Below are positions 40,799 through 52,249 of a DNA stretch of 64,000 nucleotides, one piece after another. This stretch comes from Lama guanicoe (taxonomy: Eukaryota), in the NCBI GenBank assembly GCA_013239625.1, contig MU053873.1:446524-510523 (forward strand), written 5' to 3'. Made by a program: the position numbers and the translations under genes. Position 1 is the first letter of the stretch, and the number at the start of each line of letters is the position of its first letter. The notes under the pieces were generated by a model. It was not told the origin of the DNA and ran no database searches. It was given only the letters and a program-made list of their open reading frames with translations.

Positions 40799-41594
40799 GA
40801 CGCGGGGTGCCGGGAATGCGGCCCGTGGAGGGGGAGAGGCAGCCACCACCACGATGGAAGCCTTTATCCTGACCCCGTTCCACGAGACCACCGTCTCCAC
40901 TGACGCCAAGGAGTGGAGCACCACGCGCGAGCTGAAGCACAAGGTCGAGGGCATCCTCCAGTGGCTGCCGGAAGACCAGCTTCTGGACAACGGCAAGACC
41001 CTGGGCGAGTGGGGCTTCCCCAGCCACTGTGGGGCTTGCCTTCCGCACATATGAAGCCTTTGAGATGAAGCCATGCGCCTCCAGCCCTTCTCCAGCCCTC
41101 CCGAACTGCCAGACGTGATGGTGATGAAGCCACAGTACTCAGGAAGCAGCGCCAATGAACAAGCTGTGCAATGAGAGGGCCACCCCAGTGACCCCCTCTG
41201 CCCGCCAATAAAAGAGATCTGGATGTCCACCTTGGTGCTGCCTCTTTCTGCACACCCTCTCCTGACTCAGGCATACCCTCCCCAGGATGGGGCCCATTCC
41301 TTAGGTTTACCAAGCTGGCCTGCTGAACAAGCTCTCTGGATCCAGCTGTCCCTCAGGCCAGCCTTCTGCTCAGACTGAGCCTTTGTTTCTCAGAGTGGTC
41401 CCCTCCCAGCATGCTGGTTCCCAGCTAGAGCCAGTGTGTCGGTTTGGGAGAGGGTTCTGTGGGGGATCCACAGCCTAAAGCAACCCCAAGCGGCTCCTCC
41501 AGGGCCTGCAGTGTGCAGCCAGAGTAGAGCAGCTTCTCCCCCTCGGCCCCTCCCCACCCTTCATAAACAGTCTACAGACCCCCACAAAGCAAAA
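40799..41594 (+). pseudogene. ELOB: Elongin B processed pseudogene (5'UTR, degenerate CDS 40854-41174, extended 3'UTR)
   Basis: Translations match ELOB (TDAKE..T..ELK..VEGIL, DQLLD.GKTLGE.GF, VGLAFR, PFSSPPELPDVM..KPQ.SGSSANEQAVQ*). No introns; deletions and frameshifts; AATAAA 41207-41212; 13-bp TSD GAAGAAGTGGTCG at 40786-40798 and 41595-41607. Confidence 0.93.
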
Positions 41595-41754
41595 GAAGAA
41601 GTGGTCGAGGGGTATGAAAAAGAGTCTCATACCCAGTATCAGAGGATCTCCATTCCATCCCCAGCCCTGCCACACCTCTATAGACTATGCCAAGCTGCCT
41701 GTTTCTCCAGTGTGTCTGAGAACCAAGGCATCCAAAGAGTATACACATTCACTT

Positions 41755-42110
41755 GATCTTTCTGTTTATTGAGAGTGTTTGTTGAGTATCCTCTTTGTCT
41801 AGCACCGTGCCAGGCTCTGCAGATGCAACAGTGAATAAGCTAAAATCAGTCCCTGCCCTTCTAAGACTTATAGTCTAGTTGACAAGACAAAGTCAACAGA
41901 AGACAGGCAAGTCCTCTGATGGAGAAGATACAGGATTTACAGCAGCAGCAGTTATGTAGGGAACCTACCCCACACTTATAATGGTCCAGGTAACATTGAT
42001 ACAGAGGCTGGAAGGAAAAGCAGGAGTTAACCAAGCAAAAGTCAAGAGAAATGTTGACTCAGGAAGAGGGAACATCACATGTAAAGACCCAGAGGCAAAA
42101 GAGAGCCAAC
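41755..42110 (-). mobile_element. L2 fragment
   Basis: TTGAG....CT.T.TG.CTAGCACCGTGCCAGGC.CTG.AGAT.CAACAGTGAATAAG...GTCCCTGCCCT...TTATAGTCTAGT. Confidence 0.65.
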
Positions 42111-42999
42111 TTACTCACTGAACCAACAAATTGGAGCAAGTATAGGTTTTTTTGTTTGTTTGTTTTTTGTTTTTTTTAAGTATAGGTTTATTTGGGCATC
42201 TTTCTGAGAGGCAGGCTTACCATTCTGGTACTAAAGTTGTGCTGAAATTCTATGATTTAGTGCTGTGTTAATCACAGAGTGCAGGCTAGATTCCATAATG
42301 GTTGCATTCTTTTAATATGACAAATTCCTTCATCAGCACCTCTAGGAAATAATCAACCCTGTTCCAACAAGTTTCTGGATGTTGACAAATCCTTTTATTG
42401 GACATATTCCAACTATGTCCCTGAGTCCTACATTCTTGACTTTTTAAGGTTGAGTCTTCTAGAACCTGACCCACTCCATCTTTCTTGCTTAGGGCATATA
42501 TGGCAGAAAAGGGCAGCTGGTGTGATGTGGAGACCTTGGTCTTTCAGGGAAGTTACAGGATTCTATCCAACCAGAAAGAAAAAATAATCCTCTATCCCTA
42601 GCCAATGGCATGGAACATTGCCAACACCTCCATGGAAAATGTGGCTCTAAAGGCAGGAAACAGAGGAACAGAGATGTAGCTGGAAGTGAGTCTTTGCTTT
42701 CCAACAATGAGCCTCAGAGAGGCTGGGTGACTTGATCAGGGTCTTACAGCAAGGAAGAGGCCAGGCCAGCTATCACACCCAAGTGATTGGCCTATGACTT
42801 CACAATTTCCCAAACATTTCTGAGGAATAATATTATGTAGCTATCATCAAAATAAACAGAACAAAATAAGAGTTTCCCTGTTGAGTAAATTTAGGACATG
42901 CTGAGTTCAACAAAGATAACCAGGTCATTCTCTTTGCTATAGAACTTCTCAGAGCCTTGATATGCTGATATACATAGTGACCTTTTAAAAAGAGGTTAT

Positions 43000-43070
43000 G
43001 TATCTGACACAACATTGTGAAATGATTATAAAGCAATAAAAAATGCTAAAAAAAAATTAAAAATAAAAAT
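43000..43070 (+). mobile_element. Very short camelid L1 3' terminus
   Basis: CTGACACAACATTGTGAAATGA.TATAA..CAATAAAAAATG.TAAAAAAAA; TSD AAAAAGAGGTTAT at 42987-42999 and 43071-43083, at a TTTT/AAAA site. Confidence 0.75.
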
Positions 43071-43083
43071 AAAAAGAGGTTAT

Positions 43084-43502
43084 GGGGAAGAGGGTATAGC
43101 CCAGTGGTAGAGTGCATGCTTAGCATGCACGAAGTCCTGGGTTCAATCCCCTAGTGCCTCCATTAAAAATAAATAAACCTTATGCTGTATCATGGATGAA
43201 CTTCAAGACACTATCCTAAGTAACAAAAACCAGACACAAGAGAACATATATTATATAATTCTGTTTATATGACATATCCAGAAATGGCAAACTTTTAGAG
43301 AAATAAATTAGATTAAATGGTTTCCTGAAGCTGGGAATGGAAATGGGGATTAACTGTAAATGGTAAGAACAGTCTTATTGGATGAATAAAAATGTTCTAA
43401 AACTGAAAAAATAAATAAATAAATAAATCAATCAATCAATCAATCAATCAATCAACCAACCAACCTAATTACCCCCCTTCCCAAAAAAAAGAAAGAAAAA
43501 AG
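43084..43502 (+). mobile_element. Vic-1-like SINE interrupted by an L1M-derived insert (43181-43405)
   Basis: Head 43084-43180; tail CCTAATTACCCCCC + A-rich resumes after 43406; TSD AAGAGGTTAT at 43074-43083 and 43503-43512. Confidence 0.85.
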
Positions 43503-43775
43503 AAGAGGTTATAGAGTTTTCAGTTTCCAGAACTCATCTGAGCTGACGACATGTTTCTGGGTGGTTCCTGGTATCTGGGCTCCTTGAAACTCACTTTGGG
43601 AAATACTGCACTAGCCATCCCATGCTTTCTGTAGCATTCTATCCTTACATATAAACGGACTGTAATCCATACATTTTGGATGGATGGATGGATGTATAGC
43701 TTGACCATTTTCTTGTCGTGTGACCTCAGATATATGACATCCTCCCCTTCTTTGAGCCTGTTTTATCCTCTCCAA

Positions 43776-44010
43776 TAGGGGCCAAAAAACTTTTTCTGTA
43801 AAGGGCCAGATTATAAATATTTTAGACTCTGTAAGCCACATATCTCTGTGGCATATTCTTTCCTTCCTTCCTTCCTCCCTTCCTCCCTTCCTTCCTTCCT
43901 TCCACCAACATTTAAAATGTAAAAACCATTCTTAGCCCTCAGCCCAGACAAAAACAGGCAAGGGGTAGGGGGATGGGGTGTCAGGATTTGGGCCGTAGTA
44001 TACGATCCCT
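43776..44010. mobile_element. MER58-like hAT-Charlie MITE with internal (TTCC)n
   Basis: AAACTTTTTCTGTAAAGGGCCAGAT..TAAATATTTTAG.CT...AAAATGTAAAAACCATTCTTAGC...CCCTG. Confidence 0.75.
43858..43903. repeat. (TTCC)n microsatellite
   Basis: Directly visible, imperfect. Confidence 0.9.
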
Positions 44011-44934
44011 GCCTAGCAGTGCTTAACACATATAAAATATGAGGAAATCCACTAGGTATCCTGCATTTTGTTATCTGTTGGTCCTTCGAAGCCACCTTGG
44101 GAGGTGAGTACAAAATTTCATCCTCTTTCTAGAGAAAAGCTGATGTCCAGAGAATGAACATAATAAACGTCATTTGCAGAGCCGGTGGCCACATGAGGGT
44201 GAAATGGGGACCTTTGAATGTCAGTCCTAAGGACAAACCCAATAAGTTCTGATGCTCAGGAGAAAAGATGCCCAGCCTATATAGTGGACCTGTAGTGTCT
44301 CTGAATTTCCATAAGAGAAGGGTTTAAGAGCAGTAGGTTGATTGAAGAGAGGGACTAGGAAATGTTTCAAAGCTGAATCTGTAAGGCACATTTGCAAAGC
44401 ACACACACTTTTTCTTATAGTGGATGTTTGCTTTGGATGCTTGGGAGAGTCTGATAGAGAATACAGGGTAAAACTCCCAAAGCATCCCTCAGATCTGTCC
44501 CTGCCGTAGCTACGCTGGACCAAGCTTGTTGTTAGTCATTTTCAGTCCCCCAGCTCATTGGTCCACAAACAAATCCTGTGAGGCAGGTAATATGATCTCC
44601 ATTAAAGAAGGTGAAGCTCCAGGAGGTTAGTTAACTCACTTACCTGCCCAATGTCTTTCAGTTGATAAATTATGGAATCACAGTCCCTTTGCAGTTCTCC
44701 CTGGCCCCAGAATCAGGGCCTGTTTCAATACACCCTGCTGCTTTGGACCACTCCCTGAGCCAATGTTTGAATGACCAGGATACTCACAGTCAATCTCTTA
44801 CAATTTCATACTTAATTACGTAGAGCATTCGATTATTTGATAACTGTTTCACATGTTGGTCTTCATTAGTCTTTGTATGGATTGATATCTTGTGTTCAAT
44901 ATTTGAGTCAAAATTGCTTTGGATTCTTGGCTCA

Positions 44935-46395
44935 GAAATAGATCCACACAAAATGCCCAACTGATTTTTGACAAAAGTGTAAAAACAATTCAGTAGAAGA
45001 AAAATAGCCTTTTAAACAAATGTTGCTGGAGCAATTGCACATCCAGAGGCAAAAAAAAAAAAAAAATGAACATTGACCTAAACGACATATCATGTAAAAA
45101 AATTAACTCAAAATGGATCAAGAACTTAAATGTAACATATAAGGCCATACAAGTTTTAGGCGGAAAAAAGATCTATGGTTAGACAAAAAGTTTTTTAGAC
45201 TTGACACCAAAAGCATGACTCATGAAAGGAAAAGTTGATAAGTTGGACCACATCAAAATGAAAACCTTGGGCTCTGAGAAAGACCCTGTAAAGAAGATGA
45301 AAAGACAAGCTACAGACTGGGAGAAGACATTTGTAAATTACGTATCTGACAAAGAACTCTCAAAACCCAGCAGTCAAAGCCANNNNNNNNNNNNNNNNNN
45401 NNNNNNNNNNNNNNNNNNNNNNNNNNNNNNNNNNNNNNNNNNNNNNNNNNNNNNNNNNNNNNNNNNNNNNNNNNNNNNNNNNNNNNNNNNNNNNNNNNNN
45501 NNNNNNNNNNNNNNNNNNNNNNNNNNNNNNNNNNNNNNNNNNNNNNNNNNNNNNNNNNNNNNNNNNNNNNNNNNGCTGGGGAGGAAGCAGAGAAACTAAG
45601 TCACTTATCATTGCTAGTGGGAATGTAAAATGGTAGAGTCACTCTGAAAAAAACATATGGCAGTTTCTTACAAAACTAAATAAACACTTAACCAATANNN
45701 NNNNNNNNNNNNNNNNNNNNNNNNNNNNNNNNNNNNNNNNNNNNNNNNNNNNNNNNNNNNNNNNNNNNNNNNNNNNNNNNNNNNNNNNNNNNNNNNNNNN
45801 NNNNNNNNNNNNNNNNNNNNNNNNNNNNNNNNNNNNNNNNNTAATACAAACTTTGGTACATCCATACCATGGAATACTATTCAGTAATAAAAAGGAAAGA
45901 GCTATTGACACCTGTAATAACTTCATGGGATCTCAGAGGAATTATGCTGAATGGAAAAAGCCAACCTCAAAAGGCTACATAGAGTATGATTCTATATAAA
46001 TATGTAACATTCTTGCAATGACAAAATTGTAGAGAATTTAGTAGTGGTTGCCAGGGGTGAGGAAAGCAAACAGGAAGAGAGAAGCCTATGACTATAAAAG
46101 GATTACATGAGGGATGCTTGAAATGGAACTCAGTATCCTGACTGAGGTGGTGGTCAAACAAATCTCCACATGTGATAACAGTGCATAGAACTACACACAC
46201 ACACACATACACACACACAAATGCACGTAAAACAGATGAAATCCAAATAGTGCATAGATTGTATCAATGTCAATTTCCCATTCATGATAGCGTAGTATAG
46301 TCATATAAGTCATATAGGGGGAAATTGGTGAAGGGTGTCAGGGCTTTTTCTTACAACTGCATGTAAATTTATAATTATGTCAAAAGATGTTTTTT
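44935..46395 (+). mobile_element. L1M (L1MC-like) 3' ORF2 plus 3'UTR with two N-runs
   Basis: CAACTGATTTTTGACAAAAGTG..AAA.CAATTCA; AAAATTAACTCAAAATGGATCA; ORF remnant KMKRQATDWEKTF (45222 ORF). Confidence 0.85.
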
Positions 46396-46494
46396 TAATT
46401 AAGTTCTTGGCCCAAGATGATTCTTCTCGGGGATAAAGCTGCATTTAGTGTTCATTTGCCAACTAGGGCCTCACCTGATAACCTTTAGCAAAGC

Positions 46495-46710
46495 CTGTAT
46501 ATGCCAGGCACTGGGCTAAGTGCTCTCCAAAGATGATCCCTTTTATTAGAACCTAATGACGACGGAAACACTGATATTACATCTCCATTTTCTAGATGAA
46601 GAAACTGAGGCTCAGCAAAGTCAAGTCATTTGCCCCAGTCCACATAGTTTTAAGAGCAAGGCATGAAAACGAGAGCCTCTGAGTCCAAGACTCACACCCT
46701 TAACCTCTAC
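46495..46710 (-). mobile_element. MIR (representative; other MIRs at e.g. ~1965-2130, 2475-2640, 20360-20560, 61860-62075, 63010-63250)
   Basis: MIR core CCATTTT..AGATGAAGAAACTGAGGCTCAG..AAGT.AAGT.ATTTGCCC. Confidence 0.7.
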
Positions 46711-47864
46711 ACTACTCCTCTTCTCTGATTAGATGCCACGTGGCATTGGTCTTTGGCTTACGATGGCCTTGAACCTGGGCCAAAAGGCCAGGGTTTTCCT
46801 TTGAGTAGCTACCAGGAGTAGTGGTACTACAGTGGAAAAAACATTAGATCCCTCCACTAGATTCCCCTAGACCATTTGAATTCCCAGGACTACGTTTAAG
46901 TCTCAATACCATCACTTGCAGGCTGTCTGGCCTTACAGAAGTCACTTGTATCTGAGCTTCCTCGCCCTCAAATCAGAGCTTGTAATTCCAGCACTGTCGG
47001 TGGATCAAATGAAGTAATGCATTTCAAAGGGCTTTGGACAAGCCAAAGGGAGCAGTTATTATTAATAACAGGGCACCATGAAATAAATTCTAAATATAGG
47101 CCACCTGCTCCTGCTCCTATTTATCTTCTGGCTTGACGGTAAATGCTCTGAGGGCATGGGCTGAGTTTTAACTTTTTATTTTATCCCAACCTCCCCATAT
47201 AAAGTGCTCACAAAAATAGTAGGTTTCTAAAAGTCCTTGTTAGCTGCTATATTGGTAGAAATGTGATTAGAATGCAAAAAGAAAAAGCCAAGTATTGAGG
47301 GTAAAAATGAAGAACTCTGTTTTTTAAACTGCATTTTTTCTTGTAAATTGTGAAGAGAACTGAGAATGGTCTCAACAAAAAGTTGGCCCCTGAGTTTCCT
47401 GCCTTAAAACCTCAGGTAACTCCTTGTTTTCAGTTTTGGAAGTATGGGTTCTATCTTTTCAGGGGCATGGAAGAATGTGAATTTTGCAAAGTCCTTTGAG
47501 GTACAAGATGTTCTTGCTATTTATACCAGCCAGGATCTGTGGCTGTTTTTTGGGCAAGGTTTTTCCACATAAAACCAACCTTTCCCCCCCACCCCTTTTC
47601 CCAGTTATGACAACCTTGCAAACTCACAAACAAATTCCTCAGCTTTATTACTAATGCCAATAACATGGACTTTTAAAACTGCCTTTCATCTCGACATCTT
47701 AAGCAATGTTGCAAACAGTAATTAAAGTCCAACACCCTGGTGAGGGAGGCATCAATTATTCAACCCATTTTCAAAACAGGTAAACCCGGACTTACAAACT
47801 GGAGACTTGATCATGGGTCACCAGGGATCAGAGAGGGGAGGAGAATGAAATTAAGAATTCTAGG

Positions 47865-48130
47865 AAAGGGGGTGGGGAGGGATAAATTTGGGAGTTTGAG
47901 ATTTACAAATGTTAGCCTCTATATATAAAAATAGATTTTTTAAAAAGTTTCTTGTTATAGCACATGGAACTATGTTCAATATCTTGTAATAACCTCTAAT
48001 GGAAAAAAATATGTAAATGAATATATGCATGTATATGCATGACTGGGACATCGTGCTGTACACCAGAGATTGACACATTGTAACTGACTGTATGTCAATT
48101 AAAACAAACAAATAAATACATATTAAAAGA
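47865..48130 (+). mobile_element. 5'-truncated camelid L1 3' end
   Basis: GGGAGGGATAAATTTGGGAGTTTGAGATTTACAAAT...GACACATTGTAACTGACT + A-rich tail; imperfect TSD AATTCTAGG. Confidence 0.85.
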
Positions 48131-48269
48131 AAAATTCTAGGCTCCCCAGCTCTTGGATTCATCAAGGTGTGGGGAGTTAGGTCCTGTAGGGATGGCTTCT
48201 CACTGAGGTGGAATGGTCCAGAGAAGGGCAGAAAAGAGGAACTGGCCACATTTAATGATCCTTAAGAAA

Positions 48270-48450
48270 AAGGACTCACAGATGTAGAGAATGAACTAGT
48301 GGTTACCAGTGGAGCAGAGCGGGGTGAGGCATTATAGGGGGTGAGAAGTACAAACTTTTGGGTGTGAGATATGCTACAAGAATGTATTGTACTACACAGG
48401 GAATATAGCCAATATTTTGAATAAGTGTAAATGGAGTCTTTTCTTTAAAA
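48270..48450 (+). mobile_element. L1 3'UTR fragment (older laurasiatherian type)
   Basis: ACTCACAGA..TAGAGAA..AACTAGTGGTTACCAGTGG...ACACAGGGAATATAGCCAATATTTT. Confidence 0.7.
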
Positions 48451-48619
48451 AAAAAAAGGAAAAAGAAGGAAGGAAGAGAGGGAGGGAAGGAAAGAAAAGC
48501 CTAAAGCCACTTAAGAAAGAAAATAAATTTATTTGATCCATACACTTGGTTGAAGGTAAAGAGGAATGTGATTGAAAGGTAATGTTTAAACTATCTGATT
48601 TCTAAACAATGGCATGTAA

Positions 48620-49460
48620 GATTTTTTTAACTCCTATTTTGAAATAATTATAGGCTCACAAGAAGCAGCAAAGATAGTACAGAGCAGTTCTGTGTACCCA
48701 TTAGCCAGCTTCCCTCAGTGGTAGCACACAGTGTATTATCAAAATGAACGACACAACGACAGTGTATTATCAAAACCAGGAAATCAACTGGCACAATACA
48801 ATTCATAAGACTACAAATCTTCCTCAGACTGCACCAGTTTGAGGAGCAAAATATATTTTTAAATTTTTATTTCACACATAAAGTGCAGAGATCTTAAAAG
48901 TGTCCAGCCCAATGACGTTTTATATTTGTCAACTCCCTTGTAACCAAAACCTCCATGAAGATATAGAATGTTATCAGCCCCCACGTTTCCCTCATACTCC
49001 TTAGAACACCACCACCCCCACACACATAACCACACTTTTATCACCATAAATTAGTTTGTACTACTTTGAACTTTATGTAAATAGAATCATATATTCTCTT
49101 TTATATCTGGCTTCTTTCACTAAACATTAAATTCCTGAGATTCACCCATGATTTGACAGATTCATTGTTTTTCATTGCTGTGTAGTATTTTATTGTATAA
49201 GTATACAACAATTATTTTTCCATTGTACTGTAGATGGACATTCAAATTGTGTCCAGTGTTTGGCTACTATGAATAAGTGAACCTTTTTGTACATGTCTTT
49301 TGGTGGACCTAAGCATTCATTTTTGATGAAAATCTATCAAGGAGAATTTCTGGTCATAGGATAGGTGAATGTTCAGCTTTTGAGAGCTACTCCCAACAAG
49401 TTTCCAAAATGTTACAATCAATTTACCCTCTCACCCACAGTGTGTGAGTCCCAGTGGAAG
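48620..49460 (-). mobile_element. L1MC/ME 3' fragments, antisense
   Basis: TTTTGAAATAATTATAGGCTCACA.GAAG..GCAAAGATAGTACAGAG; CTGGCTTCTTTCACT.AACAT; GATGGACATT....TTG..TCCAG..TTTGGCTA.TATGAATAA. Confidence 0.7.
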
Positions 49461-49930
49461 TATAAAATTTTACATGTTGGTAAATTCTAAAAAGTGATTG
49501 CATACAAGTCTGACTAAGATCTATCTGCACTTCAGAATCCTCATTTCAAAACGTTTTCCTGTTCAGAGCCAAAAGTGGAGAAAGTGTCGGAGAAAGTGTC
49601 TAAGGCTTTTGGGCAGGAAGGTGGCATGACGTGACAGGAAGTTTAGAAATTAGAGTTGTCATTTTGTTGGGTGACTCTGAGTCAGTCACCTCTCCGGGCC
49701 TCAGCTCCTCTCTCTGGAAGTGAGGCAGATGGATGGGACCATTTTTAAAGTTTCTTTCAGCTTCAAAGGCAGTGATTCCAAGATGAAAAAATGTTGATGC
49801 AGTAATGTTTAGTGAAAGAGCAGAAATAGCACACACGGTAACTGGGGAAAGAGACTTGCCCCAAGGCAAGAACTGGAGAAAAATACACAATGCTTCTGTT
49901 GTTAGGTTGTTGCATATTTCTTCTTCTGTG

Positions 49931-50133
49931 CAAATACTAACTACTATATATAAAATAGATTAAAAATGAAAAAGAATATGAAAACAAATATATGTATATA
50001 TAATGCATGAATGGGATGTTATGCCACACACGAGAAACAGACACATTGTAATTAACTATACGTGAATTTTAAAAATAGATTAAAAAACAAATTTCTTCTG
50101 TATAGCACAGGGAATTACATTCAATATCTTGTA
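49931..50133 (+). mobile_element. Rearranged or nested camelid L1 3' end
   Basis: Segments of the L1 tail seen at 47865-48130 appear in A-C-B order with a duplicated AAAATAGATTAAAAA. Confidence 0.75.
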
Positions 50134-52249
50134 CTGTGCCAGGAACAGTGCTTGGCCCTGAGGGAACAAACCACGAGTGAACTAGAGATGGTACCTGATG
50201 TCTAGGAATTTATCACCTGCTGCAGGAAACAAATCCATAAACAAATGGGTAGCAGGCAGTGTGCTATTTATTTTAGGCAACTTGGGAGCTTACCTCACTC
50301 ATTCAGTTTGGGAAAGTAAGGAAGGCTTCATGGAGGAGGTGACAGCTGAGACCTGTAAGAAGATTCAAAGTAAATCAGGTAACAGGGACACAGAAGGGGG
50401 AAGTGCATCCAGGGCAGTGGGACCTGCTGGGGCACAGGCAAGAGAGCTTAGAGGGAGCACAGGATGGTGGTGAAGCTACAGTAGGCTCAGTGGTAAAGGG
50501 TTGTGGGGCAAGATGGGATAAGGTTGAAGAGGTCTGAATGCCCCCACAGAACTTGAACTGCCGGGGGTAGCTACTGAAAAATATAAAGCCAAGGAGTGAC
50601 ACAGAGCAGGGCTAATGAGTAACTATTCAGGCCTGTCTCCAATTCCTCTTGGATACCTGACCATACACTGAGATATTGCCAAAAACATATAAACTGCACT
50701 GCCTTCGTGCCCTGCCAGCACCTCTCTGGTTTCCTATTGGCAAACTGGAGGATCATCAAAAAGTATTGGACCTGCTGGCTTTTGTGACAGCAAGGACACC
50801 CCCAGGAGAAGTGGCCAAGGACCCTGCCAAGAGCAGGGCATAGCGGGTGTATGAGCAGGGGCCAGGGAGTTGAGAATATGAGGCATTCATCCCAAGAGTG
50901 GGCATTAGTAGAGGACACTGAGCCCAGGGGAGCAGGAAGCAGGGACATATTGTGACATGTAACTATAGCCCGTGTGGGACAGGCAGATTGCTAGAGACAG
51001 GAAGACAGCCCCTTCTCGGGCCCCTCTCACTATCTCTGCAAAGGTTGCTTTGTGCCTTGTCACTGCAGGCCACTCCAATTGAGCACTTGATGTCCAAGTG
51101 GAGTTGAGGATATGTTAGGCAGAATCACAGGGGTGCAGCTGGTGGCAGGCCGCCTTCTCAGTTTGGCTGGTGACATCTTGATAAAGTTCTCAAGCCTGCA
51201 GTCAGCCCCTGACAGCTTTTCTGGGCAGGGGTTCATCCTGGGGTGCTCCTGCCGCCCACCCACCTACTGAGGGCACAGCACCTGGCAGGCCACTACCTCC
51301 CAAGAAAGGCCTGGGACTCACTCACCTTTCATTCTTACCCAGCATCCGTTTCTCCCCTTTTCTGGTAGCTGCATCCCTATTTGGGGACTGGGAAACCAAG
51401 CTTCCCCCACTTCAGTCCCTGTGGTTTGATGAGGCTGACGTCCCTACCTCTCCGTGCCCTCAACTACAAGGGCTGGCCAAGTCTGAGCTCCAGCCAATCA
51501 ACTAGTCTGTACCCACCCTCTAGCAGAATGATTGGTTCTGGAACGCTAACTGGATCCTGTTGATGCTAAGATTTTCATTTTCTTCCTTTGGGTATCCACA
51601 CAGCCATTTACCCAGAAAAGTGATTCCATCCCAAGTTCCATGGCTGGGACTTAATGAGCTTAAGTCAACCAGAACAGCCATTCCATTGGGTGTAGATGCT
51701 CATTTCAGAGTGGGTTTGTGACCTAAGTGCCCGGCCGGGCAGGCTCTCAGGATGCTGGCCTGGAATGCAGGAACAGATGCGTTCTATCAGACCCAGAAGT
51801 GAACAAGAAGGCCCACAGGGCCGATGGCTGCTGGAGACCATCCTAGGACCCTAAGGATGAACTGATCTCAGTAGAAGCCCTCACTGTATATGGCACAGCA
51901 AAAAGACAGAAAGGACATGGGTGAGTGGTGGAACCAACCAAACCCGAAGATCAACCCACTTCGGGGACTCCAGTTACACAAACCAATCACTCCTCTTCAC
52001 TGTTCAAGTCGGGTTAAGGTGCATGTTCTGTTACCTACGGCTGAACACAATCCTAACCAAGAGCTGGGCTTACGCATAAAAGAGAACTGTCAGTTCATGT
52101 AACAGAAAAGTGCAAGGTGGAGACACTATGAGCAAGTGGAGACTTCACATCTGTGATCTCATCTGACCATATTTCATCCTAGTAACTACCACCCTGACCC
52201 CCACTTAATAGATGGGGGGGAAGGACTCAAAGAAGTGAAAGCACAAATC

